In this document: positions 38,075 to 48,440 of the stretch, in pieces | Layout: every line of letters begins with the position of its first letter | Position numbering within the stretch: position 1 is the stretch's first letter | Origin: an uncultured delta proteobacterium | GTDB lineage: Bacteria > Desulfobacterota > BSN033 > UBA1163 | Assembly (NCBI GenBank): GCA_963827685.1 | Contig: CAWHBU010000003.1 | Coordinates: forward strand, 32,001-96,000 | Length of the DNA: 64,000 nt | Direction: 5' to 3' | Translations under genes and position numbers: made by a program | Notes under the pieces: model-generated | Databases searched by the model: none | What the model was told of the DNA's origin: nothing | Seen by the model: only the letters and a program-made list of their open reading frames with translations

Positions 38075-38947
38075 ATGACATTTAAGGAACGATTGGATTC
38101 GGGAAAATTTGCAGTCGCCGTTGAACTCCAGCCCCCTAAGGGAAACGAACTCTCTGAGCTATACGAATATACGGAACTCCTCAAGGGGCGGGTGGATGCG
38201 ATCAATGTGCCAGACCTTCAGAATGCCATCATGAGGCTTGGATCCCTTTCGGTATGCACCCTGCTGAAGGCAAAGGGAATGGAGGTGATCTACAATCTAT
38301 CCTGCAGCGACCGAAACCGATTGGCACTCCAATCCGAACTCTTGAACGCTTCGGCTTTGGGTCTGAAGAACATTTTACTCGTCCAGGGCGACCCTCCCTC
38401 CATGGGGGATCACTTCGAAGCCAAAGCGGTCTTTGATCTCGATGTCACGGGTTTGCTCGGCGCTGCCAAGCGCCTCCAAGAAGGCTACGACCTCACAGGA
38501 AATGACCTCCAAGGAAAACCACAATTTTGTGTAGGCACCCAAATCAATGCAGCCGCCAAAGGTCATGTCCTCGATCTGGAGGTCATGGACATGGAAAAGA
38601 AGATACGGACGGGGGTCGATTTCTTCTTCACCAATTCGATCTACGATGTAAGCCTTTTTGAGCCCTTCGCCAAAAAAGTGGCACACTTCAAGGTTCCCAT
38701 CATCGCAGGCATCACCCTGCTCAAATCAGTGGGGATGGCCCGCTATGTGAACAAACATGTGGAAGGAGCTTCCATTCCCGATTCAATCATCGACCAATTG
38801 ATGAAGGCTTCAGACAAACAGAAAGCAAGTATTGAGATCGCAGGGGGTCTGATCAAGGCATTGAAACCACTTTGCCAAGGAGTCCAGATCATTCCCATCG
38901 GATGGGAAAAGCAGGTTCCTGCTCTTCTGGATTATGTAGGACTGTAA
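38075..38947 (+). CDS. metF: methylene-THF reductase-like protein (divergent copy 2)
   Basis: VELQPP, NVPD, CSDRNRLALQS, QGDPP; TN in place of the conserved TQ. Confidence 0.8.
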   Translation: MTFKERLDSGKFAVAVELQPPKGNELSELYEYTELLKGRVDAINVPDLQNAIMRLGSLSVCTLLKAKGMEVIYNLSCSDRNRLALQSELLNASALGLKNILLVQGDPPSMGDHFEAKAVFDLDVTGLLGAAKRLQEGYDLTGNDLQGKPQFCVGTQINAAAKGHVLDLEVMDMEKKIRTGVDFFFTNSIYDVSLFEPFAKKVAHFKVPIIAGITLLKSVGMARYVNKHVEGASIPDSIIDQLMKASDKQKASIEIAGGLIKALKPLCQGVQIIPIGWEKQVPALLDYVGL

Positions 38948-39086
38948 GAAGCACATTGCAGAATGAAAATTGCACAATTAGCGGCGGAAAACATTTTGCA
39001 CTTTGCACTTTTCATTTTGCATTTTTCATTGGATCAAGGTGATGCCAGGTTTTCTTGTCAACCCTGGGGAGATATGGTACCTTGGG

Positions 39087-41420
39087 ATGGAAATGGCTGC
39101 CAAAAAACAAACTCCGACAACAAAGAGAAAGAAAACCGCTGAACCACTTATCCTTGTCAAAAAGAAGGAAGTGGGGTCAGAGATGTTTCAATCCATCGCC
39201 GAATTGGGAAATGATGGGATCTTGGTATTTGATGAACGTCATCAGATCGAATTTGCAAATCGGATGGCTTCCGAGATCACGGGGTATTCGAACAAAGAGT
39301 TACTGAAGATGTCGGTCCTTTCCCTTTTAGGCAAACCCCATCCATCCTTTATCGAAGACCTCTTCATCCATCCTGAGCGTTATGGCGAAAAAACGTGTAG
39401 CCAGATTCAGCTGCCCGCCTCTAACGGGGAGATCAAAGAGGCTGAAATTTGTATCGCCTTGGCGAAAACACCCCTTGGAGCCCGGAAGGGTTATGCCTAT
39501 CTCCGAGATATTACAGAGTCGAAAAGAATGGAACGAAGGATCCAAGAGGCCACCCAACAGTTTGAGAAGATTGCGGAGATGGGTGACGATGGGATCCTGG
39601 TCTTCGATCAGGCTTTTAAGATCATTTTTGCCAATCAGATGGCCTCCGAAATGACCGGGATTCCCAAGGAAGATTTGATCGGAAGAAATTTCTTCTCCGT
39701 CATTGGTAAAGAGGACAAACAATTTCTTGAAGGGACGGTCACCCGCGGTGTGGGAATAGGCGAGAAGCTATGCACCGAAATGAATATCCTGACCTCTCAG
39801 GGCCACGTCAAAGATGCAGAGGTTTGTATTGCTTTGGCCGAGTCGGATACGGGAGAGGTCAAGACCTATGCCTATATCCGGGACATCACAGAACGAAAAA
39901 AATTCGAAAGGGATCTCAAGGACTCCGAGGAAAAGCTCAGAAACCTCTTCGAGAGGGTGAGACACGGCCTCTTCATCAGCTCAAAGGAGGGCAAGTTTTT
40001 AGACTGTAACCAAGCCCTTCTCGACATGCTGGAATACCCTACTAAAGAGGAATTTCTCAAAATAGATATCGCCCAGGATCTCTATGTGAACCCGGATGAC
40101 CGGAAAACCTTTCAGGAGAGAATCGAAAGAGAGGGTCATATCAAAGACATGGAGGTGGAATTCAAGAGGAAGAATGGGGATAAGATCACCGTCTTGCAGA
40201 CCTCTCATCCTATTAAGAATGAGAAGGGAGAGGTCGTTGGCTACCAAGGCATTAACTTAGATATCTCCGAGAGGAAACGGATCGAGAATCAACTTCGCGA
40301 GGCCAACGAATTCTTCCTGAACCTGATCGAAAGCTCTGTGGATGGGATCATTGCGGCGGACATGAAAGGCAATATCTTCATCTTTAACAAAGGGGCGGAG
40401 GCGCTAACCGGATACAAGGCAGAGGAGGTGATTGGCAAACTCCACATCACCAAGATCTATCGAGAGGGCGTAGCGAAAGAGATCATGAAAAAACTCCGAA
40501 GTCAGGAATATGGGGGTGTCGGAAAATTTATTCCTACCCAGATGAACGCAGTCAATAAGTTTGGACAAGAAATCCCCATCCAACTCTCTGCCGCCCTCAT
40601 CTACAACGGGAGTGACCAGGAGATCGCCAGTGTGGGTATCTTTACGGATTTAAGACCTCGTCTGAACATGGAGAAGAAGCTCCAAGAGACCCACCTCCAA
40701 TTAGTCAGCTCTGAGAAGATGGCCTCTCTCGGAAAACTGGCAGCAGGAATTGCCCACGAGATCAACAATCCTTTGGGCGGAATTCTTATTTACTCCAGTC
40801 TGATGATGGAGGACCTTCCCGAGGAGGATCCGCGTCGGGGAGATTTGGTTCGAATCGTTCAGGAGGCAGGCCGGTGTAAGGAGATTGTCAAGAGCCTTCT
40901 TGAATTCGCCCGCCAGACCGAACCGAAGATGGAGCCCACCGATGTCAATCGAGCCATCAGTGACGGCCTCTTCTTCTTGGTCAATCAGGCTTTATTTCAC
41001 AATATCCATATCGTGAAGAAACTCGATTCCTTCCTCCCCTTCGTCCGGGGAAATGCCGGCCAACTGAAACAGGTTTTCATGAATATCATTGTGAATGCCG
41101 CGGAAGCGATGCACGGCAATGGGACACTGACTATTACCACCTTCCGTGCCCCGGACCGGAAGACGGTCTTTGTGGAATTTGTAGATACCGGTGAGGGCAT
41201 CCCCGCAGAGAACCTCACCCGAATCTTTGATCCCTTCTTCACCACCAAGGAGGTGGGAAAGGGAACCGGATTGGGCCTCGCCACTTCTTATGGAATTATT
41301 GAGGATCACGGAGGGAAGATCAACGTAAAGAGTAAGGTGGGAGAAGGGACAACCTTTACGATCGAACTTCCCATTCACCAAGGGACCCAGGCTATCCTGG
41401 AGGAACAGCCAATTAATTAG
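39087..41420 (+). CDS. multi-PAS sensor histidine kinase (NtrB-type)
   Basis: Four PAS units; AHEINNP H-box; DPFFTTK, GTGLGL. Start is approximate. Confidence 0.93.
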   Translation: MEMAAKKQTPTTKRKKTAEPLILVKKKEVGSEMFQSIAELGNDGILVFDERHQIEFANRMASEITGYSNKELLKMSVLSLLGKPHPSFIEDLFIHPERYGEKTCSQIQLPASNGEIKEAEICIALAKTPLGARKGYAYLRDITESKRMERRIQEATQQFEKIAEMGDDGILVFDQAFKIIFANQMASEMTGIPKEDLIGRNFFSVIGKEDKQFLEGTVTRGVGIGEKLCTEMNILTSQGHVKDAEVCIALAESDTGEVKTYAYIRDITERKKFERDLKDSEEKLRNLFERVRHGLFISSKEGKFLDCNQALLDMLEYPTKEEFLKIDIAQDLYVNPDDRKTFQERIEREGHIKDMEVEFKRKNGDKITVLQTSHPIKNEKGEVVGYQGINLDISERKRIENQLREANEFFLNLIESSVDGIIAADMKGNIFIFNKGAEALTGYKAEEVIGKLHITKIYREGVAKEIMKKLRSQEYGGVGKFIPTQMNAVNKFGQEIPIQLSAALIYNGSDQEIASVGIFTDLRPRLNMEKKLQETHLQLVSSEKMASLGKLAAGIAHEINNPLGGILIYSSLMMEDLPEEDPRRGDLVRIVQEAGRCKEIVKSLLEFARQTEPKMEPTDVNRAISDGLFFLVNQALFHNIHIVKKLDSFLPFVRGNAGQLKQVFMNIIVNAAEAMHGNGTLTITTFRAPDRKTVFVEFVDTGEGIPAENLTRIFDPFFTTKEVGKGTGLGLATSYGIIEDHGGKINVKSKVGEGTTFTIELPIHQGTQAILEEQPIN

Positions 41421-41432
41421 ACGAGGTAAAAA

Positions 41433-41996
41433 ATGAATCCAGTCCAACAAACAAATCAAAAGGGGAATTCATTCCTGTTGGAAGTCGCTCAGGCCAGTGG
41501 TGAAACCATACAGGCTTGCTATCAATGTCAGAAGTGTTCAGCGGGATGCCCGGTGGCTTATGCTATGGATATCCTTCCCAATCAGATGCTTCGTCATATC
41601 CAGTACGGCCATCGAGAAAAGGTTCTCACTTCAAAAACGATTTGGATCTGCGCCTCTTGCTATACCTGCAGTGTTCGGTGTCCAAACAATATCGATATCG
41701 CCAAGATCATGGATACCTTGAGGAGCCTGGCCATTCACTCTGAGATCAAACCAGGGGAAAAGGACATCCCCCTGTTTCATTCTGTTTTCTTGGACACCAT
41801 CAAATCGAAAGGCCGGATCCACGAACTCAGCCTCATTATTCAGTTTAAGTCTAAGACCAAGGATTTTTTCAAAGACGCTGGACTGGGCTTGAAGATGTAT
41901 CGCAAAGGGAAGATCAAACTCTTCCCATCCAAGTTTGGAGGGGGAAAAGAGATCAAAGAGATCTTCAACGCTTATGAGAAAGGGGAGAGAAGGTGA
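41433..41996 (+). CDS. hdrC: heterodisulfide reductase subunit C
   Basis: CYQCQKCSAGCP and CASCYTCSVRCP. Confidence 0.93.
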   Translation: MNPVQQTNQKGNSFLLEVAQASGETIQACYQCQKCSAGCPVAYAMDILPNQMLRHIQYGHREKVLTSKTIWICASCYTCSVRCPNNIDIAKIMDTLRSLAIHSEIKPGEKDIPLFHSVFLDTIKSKGRIHELSLIIQFKSKTKDFFKDAGLGLKMYRKGKIKLFPSKFGGGKEIKEIFNAYEKGERR

Positions 41997-42844
41997 AAGG
42001 AATTTCTTATTACCCAGGATGCTCCCTCCAGGGAACAGCCGGGGAATATGACGATTCGATTCGAGGCGTATCAAACCTACTCGACATCCAACTCCATGAA
42101 TTGGAAGACTGGACTTGCTGCGGTGCCAGTTCGGCCCACTGCACGGATGAGGAGTTGGCGATCGACCTTGCGGCCCGAAACCTAGCTATTGCAGAAAAGA
42201 ACGATCGGGAACTTCTTGTCCCATGCGTAGCGTGTTACAGTCGATTCAAATGGGCTGAGAAAGAGTTCAAGGAACATCCGGAGAAAATACATTTTTCGTA
42301 TCGAGGCAATGTTCCCATACGATATGTCTTGGACTTTTTCTGTGAGGGGCCTCTCTTAGAAGAGATCAAGAAAAAGATTACAAAACCTCTCTCCGGACTG
42401 AAGGTCGTCTGTTATTATGGATGTCTTACGGTTCGGCCTCCGAAAATGACAGGTATCAAGGAATACGAAAACCCTCAACACATGGACCATCTCATGGAAT
42501 TATTAGGCGCAGAGCCCATTCCTTGGTCCTATAAAGCAGATTGTTGTGGGGCTAGTCTCGTCATGACTCGTACAGATATCGTCAGAAGACTGAGCGGCAA
42601 ACTCCTGTCGATGGCTAAGGAGGCAGAGGCTGACTGTCTGGTCACTGGCTGTCCGATGTGTCATGCCAATCTCGACACTCGTCAGGATGAATTAGAGAAG
42701 GAAGCTGGAGAAAATTTTAATCTTCCTATCCTCTATTTTACAGAATTAATAGGATTGGCTTTGGGGCATAAAGATGCAAAGAAATGGTTGGGCCACCATA
42801 TCACAGATCCCATTAAAGTATTACACGCAAGAGGGTTAATATAA
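41993..42844 (+). CDS. hdrB: heterodisulfide reductase subunit B
   Basis: YYPGCS, CCGA, CVAC, YYGC, CCGA, CPMC (two CCG domains). Confidence 0.93.
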   Translation: MKGISYYPGCSLQGTAGEYDDSIRGVSNLLDIQLHELEDWTCCGASSAHCTDEELAIDLAARNLAIAEKNDRELLVPCVACYSRFKWAEKEFKEHPEKIHFSYRGNVPIRYVLDFFCEGPLLEEIKKKITKPLSGLKVVCYYGCLTVRPPKMTGIKEYENPQHMDHLMELLGAEPIPWSYKADCCGASLVMTRTDIVRRLSGKLLSMAKEAEADCLVTGCPMCHANLDTRQDELEKEAGENFNLPILYFTELIGLALGHKDAKKWLGHHITDPIKVLHARGLI

Positions 42845-43057
42845 TCGATTGCTTCAGGGTTTATGGGAGCATACATATACAAGAAAATTCCAAATACCAA
42901 GCGCCAAATTCCAAACAAGCACCAATTTTCAAAATGCAGAAGTTCCAAACAGACTGAAAGTTTTGAATTTGGAAATTAGAATTTGGGATTTGTTTGGGAT
43001 TTGGATATTGGGATTTTGGATTTAAAACGACTGAAAGAAAGGCCTGCGGAGTCAGGA

Positions 43058-46000
43058 ATGATGAAAACCCAAATGCAAGACAAGGTTGTAGATAAAATAG
43101 GCGCCGTGATGGTCGTTGGAGGGGGCATCGCGGGAATCCAATCCTCCCTTGACCTTGCCGAATCCGGTTACTATGTCTACCTTGTGGAAAGCTCGCCTGC
43201 CATCGGTGGGGTAATGGCCCAGTTGGATAAAACCTTTCCAACGAACGACTGCTCTATGTGCATCCTTTCCCCCAAATTAGTTGAGGCAGGCCGACACCTC
43301 AATATTCAGACCCTCACTTACTCCGAGGTGGTAAAGGTAGAAGGAGAGCCCGGAAACTTTGAGGTCACGGTAAGAAAGAAACCTCGTTTCATCGATCCCA
43401 CAAAATGCACGGGTTGTGGAGAATGTCCACAGGCCTGCCCTGTTCCTATCAAAAGTCAATTCGATGAAGGATTGGTAGATCGAAGAGCCATCTACAGGCC
43501 TTATGCACAAGCCTTTCCCAATATTTTTACCATTGAAAAAGGAGACCGAGCTCCTTGTGGTCTCACCTGCCCTGCCGGGATCAATGTTCAAGGTTATGTG
43601 GCTCTGACTGGAGTCGGTAAATATAAAGAAGCCCTGTCACTGATCTGGGAGAATCTCCCTCTTCCAGGGGTCTTGGGCCGGATCTGTCCTCATCCCTGTG
43701 AAAAGGAATGTAATCGCAAGGATTTGGATGAACCCATTGCGATCTGTGAATTAAAACGATTTCTTGCGGATCGGGTCGAGACAGAGATTCCCATCAAAAA
43801 GGACGAAGCTAAAGAGGAACGGATAGCCATCGTGGGCTCTGGACCAGCCGGTTTGACCGCCGCTTCATTTTTGGCCCAGAAAGGATATCCCGTTACCATT
43901 TTTGAGGCCCTGCCAGTCATGGGAGGAATGCTCTATGCAGGTATTCCTTCTTATCGTCTTCCCAGAGATATTTTAGAGGAAGAGATTAAGACGATCCAAT
44001 CCCTCGGTGTGGAGATCAAGACCAATTCCCCCATCGGCCCCAATCTCACCCTCGACAATCTTTTTAAACAAGGATACCGAGCTATCTTTCTCGCTGTGGG
44101 CGCTCACCTCGATCAAAAACTGAATATCCCCGGAGAAGAAAATCCCCATGTGATTCCTGGTGTGGTTTTTCTCCGAAAGGCTAATCTCGGTCAGAAGGTT
44201 GAAGTGGGGGAACGAGTTGCAGTGATCGGAGGCGGAAATGTGGCCATCGATGCAGCCCGCACAGCCCTGCGAATGGGTGCCAAAGAGGTAACCATCATTT
44301 ATCGTCGATCTCGGAATGAGATGCCCGCCTATGAGGACGACATTGAAGAGGCAGACGAAGAGGGAATCAAGTTCCAACTCCTCGCCGCTCCCACCGAGGT
44401 CGTCTCCAAAGATGGGAAGGTTACTTCTCTCCGATGTATCCGGATGGAATTGGGTGAACCGGATGCATCAGGAAGAAGACGTCCCATTCCGGTTCAGGGA
44501 TCAGATTTTTCTGTTGAGGTAGATACGATCATCCCTGCCATCGGCCAGACCCCTGATCTCCTCTTCATGAGGGGAATGGAAATAAAAACAACTCCTCAGG
44601 GTACGATTAAAGTGGACCCCATTACTCTTAAAACCTCTAAGGAAGGTGTCTTCGCAGGAGGAGATGCTGTTTCCGGACCTTGGATTGCGATTGAGGCAGT
44701 GGCTGCAGGGAAGGAAGCAGCCATCTCTATCGACCGATACCTCCGAGGGCAGGATCTTTTTGAAGGAAGGCCAAAACCCAAACTTGAAAAGGCTCGATTT
44801 GAAGAGATCTATGCAAACCAACCAAAAGCCCTGAGAGAACGGATGGAGAGGATTCCCTCTGAGGAAAGGCGAAAAAGCTTTTCAGAAGTAAAGAAAGGCT
44901 TCACGGAAGAACAGGCAAAGAGAGAGGCCCTTCGATGCCTCAATTGTGGACTCTGTTCCGAATGCCTCCAGTGCGTCGCACTCTGCAAGGCAGGGGCAGT
45001 CAATCACCAGATGAAAGAAGAAGTTGTGAATTTCCGGGTTGGTTCTATCATTTTGAGCCCCGGGTTTGACGAATACGACGCAAACCGACTGGTCCCTTAC
45101 GGATATGGTCGATTTCCGAATGTCATTTCCAGCATTCAATTTGAACGGATTTTGAGTGCCTCAGGTCCCTTTCAAGGAAATCTCTTGAGACCGTCAGACC
45201 AGAAATCACCCCAAAAGGTGGCCTGGATCCAATGCGCAGGCTCAAGGGATATGACCGGAAACGGCGGGAATGAATATTGCAGCTCCGTCTGCTGTATGTA
45301 TGCCATTAAAGAAGCGGTCATTGCCAAAGAGCATCATCGCGAGGTGGAACCCACCATCTTCTATATGGATATCCGCGCTCATGGGAAAGATTTCGACGCC
45401 TATTATGAAAGGGCAAAGAAAGAATATGGTGTCCGGTTCATCCGCTCAATGGTCTCCCGAGTGGCAGAAAGGCCGAAGACAAAAAATCTGATCATCAGCT
45501 ATATCGATTCTGAAGGTCGGTTCAAGGAGGAAGGGTTCGATCTCGTCGTCCTTTCTGTAGGATTGACACCCTCTGAAGGTGCAAAAGAAATTGCCCAGAA
45601 TCTTGGTCTGCAACTGGATTCCTATGGGTTCTGCAAGACCGAGGAGTTCTCTCCGCTTCAAACCAGCCGGCCAGGCATCTATGTGTGCGGGGCTTTTCAG
45701 GGCCCCAAGGATATTCCCGAGACCGTAGCCCAAGCCAGTGGGGCAGTGGCGAGCGCCTCAAGTCTTCTTGCCGATGTCCGTGGAACTCTCACAAAGAAAA
45801 AGGACTACCCTGCTGAGATAGATGTTAAAGGACAGGAGCCCCGCATTGGTGTATTTGTCTGCCATTGTGGGATCAATATTGGAGGGGTCGTCAATGTCCA
45901 GGAAGTAAAAGAATATGCAAAAGCCCTGGACGGGGTCGCTTATGTCGAAGAGAATCTTTATACATGCTCTCAGGACACCCAGGAGAAGATCAAGAAGGCG

Positions 46001-47527
46001 GTGCAGGAAAACCAATTGAACCGGGTCGTCGTCGCTTCCTGTTCGCCGAGAACCCATGAGCCCATGTTTCAGGAGACTATCCGGGAGATGGGCCTGAATA
46101 AATATCTCTTTGAGATGACCAATATCCGGGACCAATGCTCCTGGGTCCATATGCATCAGCCCAAGGAGGCCACTGAAAAAGCAAAAGAACTTCTTCGGAT
46201 GGCCGTGGCAAAATCCAAACTCTTGCAGCCTTTGAAAGAGCCTGTTGTAGAGGTCACGAAAAAGGGACTGGTCATTGGAGGCGGGCTCTCCGGGATGAGG
46301 GCAGCCTTGGAACTGGCCCGACAAGGACTAGACTGTGCTCTTGTGGAAAAAGAGTCTGAACTGGGTGGGAACCTCCGTCACATCTATCACACCATCGAGG
46401 GCAATGATCCGCAGGGACTTCTCCGAAAGACCATCAGCGAGGTCCTTGAGAACCCTCGAATCCAAGTCTTTACTCAGGCGGAGTTGAAAAGCCTCAGCGG
46501 TTATGTCGGCAATTTCAAATCCATCATATCGACCAATGGTTCTGATAAAGAATTTGAGCATGGAGTGGTCATCGTCGCCGTTGGAGCCAAGGAAAGCACT
46601 CCAACGGAATACCTCTATGGCCAGGATTCACGGGTGATCACACAAAAGGAACTGGAGGAGAAGATCGCTCATCACTTGGACGAGGTGAATCGATGTCGAC
46701 ATATCGTGATGATCCAGTGCGTGGGTTCACGAACCCCAGAGCGTCCCAACTGCAGTCGGATCTGCTGCTCCGTCGCTGTTAAAAATGCATTAAGAATTAA
46801 GGAAAAGAATCCCGATACCAAGGTCACGATTTTGTATCGGGACATTCGAACGTATGGATTGATGGAACGATACTACACTCAGGCAAGAAACCAAGGAATC
46901 GAATTCATCCAGTATGAACTCGATTCAAAACCCGATCTAAGAGCTGAAGGAGGCCTTCTCCAACTTAAAGTCAAAGATAGAATCCTTGGCGAGGAGGTCA
47001 CCCTCCAACCCGATCTCGTCGTTCTTGCGAGTGCCATCATCCCTTACGAAAACGAGGCCTTGGCAAAGATGCTCAAGGTGCCTCTGACGGCTGATGGATT
47101 TTTCCTCGAGGCTCATATGAAGCTAAGGCCAGTCGATTTTGCGACGGATGGCATCTTCTTGGCTGGATTGGCTCACTTTCCAAAAACGATCAGCGAATCC
47201 ATCTCCCAGGCCGATGCTGCGGTGGCGCGCGCCACTGCGGCGATTGCTAAAGGATATGTCAGCGTTCTCCCAACTATCTCTGAGGTGGATCAGACCCGTT
47301 GTCTGGGATGTGGCCTCTGCGAACTGCTCTGTCCCTTCAGCGCTATCCGTGTGGTCGAAACCGAGAAGGGAAGTAAAGCGGAGACGATTGCTGCCTCCTG
47401 TAAGGGATGCGGGGTTTGCAGTGCCAGCTGTCCTCAGAAGGCGGTGACTGTGCACCACTTCTCCGATGAACAGTTGACCGCCCAAATCGAGGCCCTTGTA
47501 CTCGTTAGGGAAAAAGAAGCAGCCTGA
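43058..47527 (+). CDS. hdrA: HdrL-type protein: tandem HdrA with inserted GltD-like NAD(P)H/FAD module
   Basis: LDKTFPTNDC; GRICPHPCE, GSGPAG, GGGNVAID, YRRS (GltD-like); CSSVCCMY, FVCHCG, NIRDQCSWVH, CSRICC, EAHMKLRP. Confidence 0.92.
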   Translation: MMKTQMQDKVVDKIGAVMVVGGGIAGIQSSLDLAESGYYVYLVESSPAIGGVMAQLDKTFPTNDCSMCILSPKLVEAGRHLNIQTLTYSEVVKVEGEPGNFEVTVRKKPRFIDPTKCTGCGECPQACPVPIKSQFDEGLVDRRAIYRPYAQAFPNIFTIEKGDRAPCGLTCPAGINVQGYVALTGVGKYKEALSLIWENLPLPGVLGRICPHPCEKECNRKDLDEPIAICELKRFLADRVETEIPIKKDEAKEERIAIVGSGPAGLTAASFLAQKGYPVTIFEALPVMGGMLYAGIPSYRLPRDILEEEIKTIQSLGVEIKTNSPIGPNLTLDNLFKQGYRAIFLAVGAHLDQKLNIPGEENPHVIPGVVFLRKANLGQKVEVGERVAVIGGGNVAIDAARTALRMGAKEVTIIYRRSRNEMPAYEDDIEEADEEGIKFQLLAAPTEVVSKDGKVTSLRCIRMELGEPDASGRRRPIPVQGSDFSVEVDTIIPAIGQTPDLLFMRGMEIKTTPQGTIKVDPITLKTSKEGVFAGGDAVSGPWIAIEAVAAGKEAAISIDRYLRGQDLFEGRPKPKLEKARFEEIYANQPKALRERMERIPSEERRKSFSEVKKGFTEEQAKREALRCLNCGLCSECLQCVALCKAGAVNHQMKEEVVNFRVGSIILSPGFDEYDANRLVPYGYGRFPNVISSIQFERILSASGPFQGNLLRPSDQKSPQKVAWIQCAGSRDMTGNGGNEYCSSVCCMYAIKEAVIAKEHHREVEPTIFYMDIRAHGKDFDAYYERAKKEYGVRFIRSMVSRVAERPKTKNLIISYIDSEGRFKEEGFDLVVLSVGLTPSEGAKEIAQNLGLQLDSYGFCKTEEFSPLQTSRPGIYVCGAFQGPKDIPETVAQASGAVASASSLLADVRGTLTKKKDYPAEIDVKGQEPRIGVFVCHCGINIGGVVNVQEVKEYAKALDGVAYVEENLYTCSQDTQEKIKKAVQENQLNRVVVASCSPRTHEPMFQETIREMGLNKYLFEMTNIRDQCSWVHMHQPKEATEKAKELLRMAVAKSKLLQPLKEPVVEVTKKGLVIGGGLSGMRAALELARQGLDCALVEKESELGGNLRHIYHTIEGNDPQGLLRKTISEVLENPRIQVFTQAELKSLSGYVGNFKSIISTNGSDKEFEHGVVIVAVGAKESTPTEYLYGQDSRVITQKELEEKIAHHLDEVNRCRHIVMIQCVGSRTPERPNCSRICCSVAVKNALRIKEKNPDTKVTILYRDIRTYGLMERYYTQARNQGIEFIQYELDSKPDLRAEGGLLQLKVKDRILGEEVTLQPDLVVLASAIIPYENEALAKMLKVPLTADGFFLEAHMKLRPVDFATDGIFLAGLAHFPKTISESISQADAAVARATAAIAKGYVSVLPTISEVDQTRCLGCGLCELLCPFSAIRVVETEKGSKAETIAASCKGCGVCSASCPQKAVTVHHFSDEQLTAQIEALVLVREKEAA

Positions 47528-47609
47528 TGGTGAATTTTTGATTTTAGATTGCCGATTGCCAATTTAAAATCGGAAATTGGAAATCGCAAATCGAAAATGG
47601 GTGAATGAG

Positions 47610-48365
47610 ATGACTTTCGAACCCAAAATCTTATCTTTTCTTTGTAACTGGTGTGCCTATGCAGGTGCGGATCTGGCAGGGATTTCCAGGTTTCAATATC
47701 CACCCAACACTCGAGTGATTCGGGTGATGTGCTCTGGAAGAGTCGACCCGATCTTCATCCCAAAGGCTTTCCTGGCCGGATATGATGGGGTGATGGTTCT
47801 TGGATGCCACCCGGGAGATTGCCATTATCTGACCGGCAATATTCAGGCTGAGCGAAAGATAAAACTTACCCGAAAACTTCTGAATATGGCTGGTATTGAA
47901 TCGGAAAGACTTCTTCTGGACTGGGTCTCTGCAGGCGAAGGGGAACGTTTTTCCCAAGTCGTTCGTCAATTTATTGAGAAGATGAATCAACTCGGCCCCT
48001 TCCCTCTCAATCAAGAAATGAGAGGAAAACTTCAGGCGGTCCACGCTTCCTTGGAGGGGGAGAAAATTCGGTGGATGGTAGGCAAAGGGCCTGAACTCAT
48101 GGAAAAGGAGAATGTTTATCACGAACATCTCCCTCAGGAGAAGCTGGATGAGATCATCGAGGGAACGATTCGGGATGAATTGATCAAAAATCGGATCCTC
48201 GCATTGATCGAGTCTAAACCGCTGCCGGCAGCAGAGATCAGCCAAACATTAAATCTGAAATTGAATGAGACTCTCACCTATCTGGTTTCATTGGTGGGAG
48301 AGGGGAAAATAGGATTCGATCCATCAGAGGAAGGAAAGATCCCAAAGTATACGCGTAATGTTTAA
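47610..48365 (+). CDS. mvhD: MvhD/FlpD (Cys form) with C-terminal extension
   Basis: FLCNWCAYAGADLAG, MCSGR, GCHPGDCHY; about 110 extra residues ending in an HTH-like segment. Confidence 0.88.
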   Translation: MTFEPKILSFLCNWCAYAGADLAGISRFQYPPNTRVIRVMCSGRVDPIFIPKAFLAGYDGVMVLGCHPGDCHYLTGNIQAERKIKLTRKLLNMAGIESERLLLDWVSAGEGERFSQVVRQFIEKMNQLGPFPLNQEMRGKLQAVHASLEGEKIRWMVGKGPELMEKENVYHEHLPQEKLDEIIEGTIRDELIKNRILALIESKPLPAAEISQTLNLKLNETLTYLVSLVGEGKIGFDPSEEGKIPKYTRNV

Positions 48366-48373
48366 GTGGTTTT

Positions 48374-48408
48374 GTTTTAAGTTTTAAGTTTTAAGTTTTA
48401 AGTTTTAA
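48374..48408 (+). repeat. perfect heptamer tandem repeat (GTTTTAA)x5
   Basis: Read directly between mvhD and the second hdrA. Confidence 0.9.
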
Positions 48409-48440
48409 GTCCATCGTTCATAGTTCGGAGTTTCTAAATT

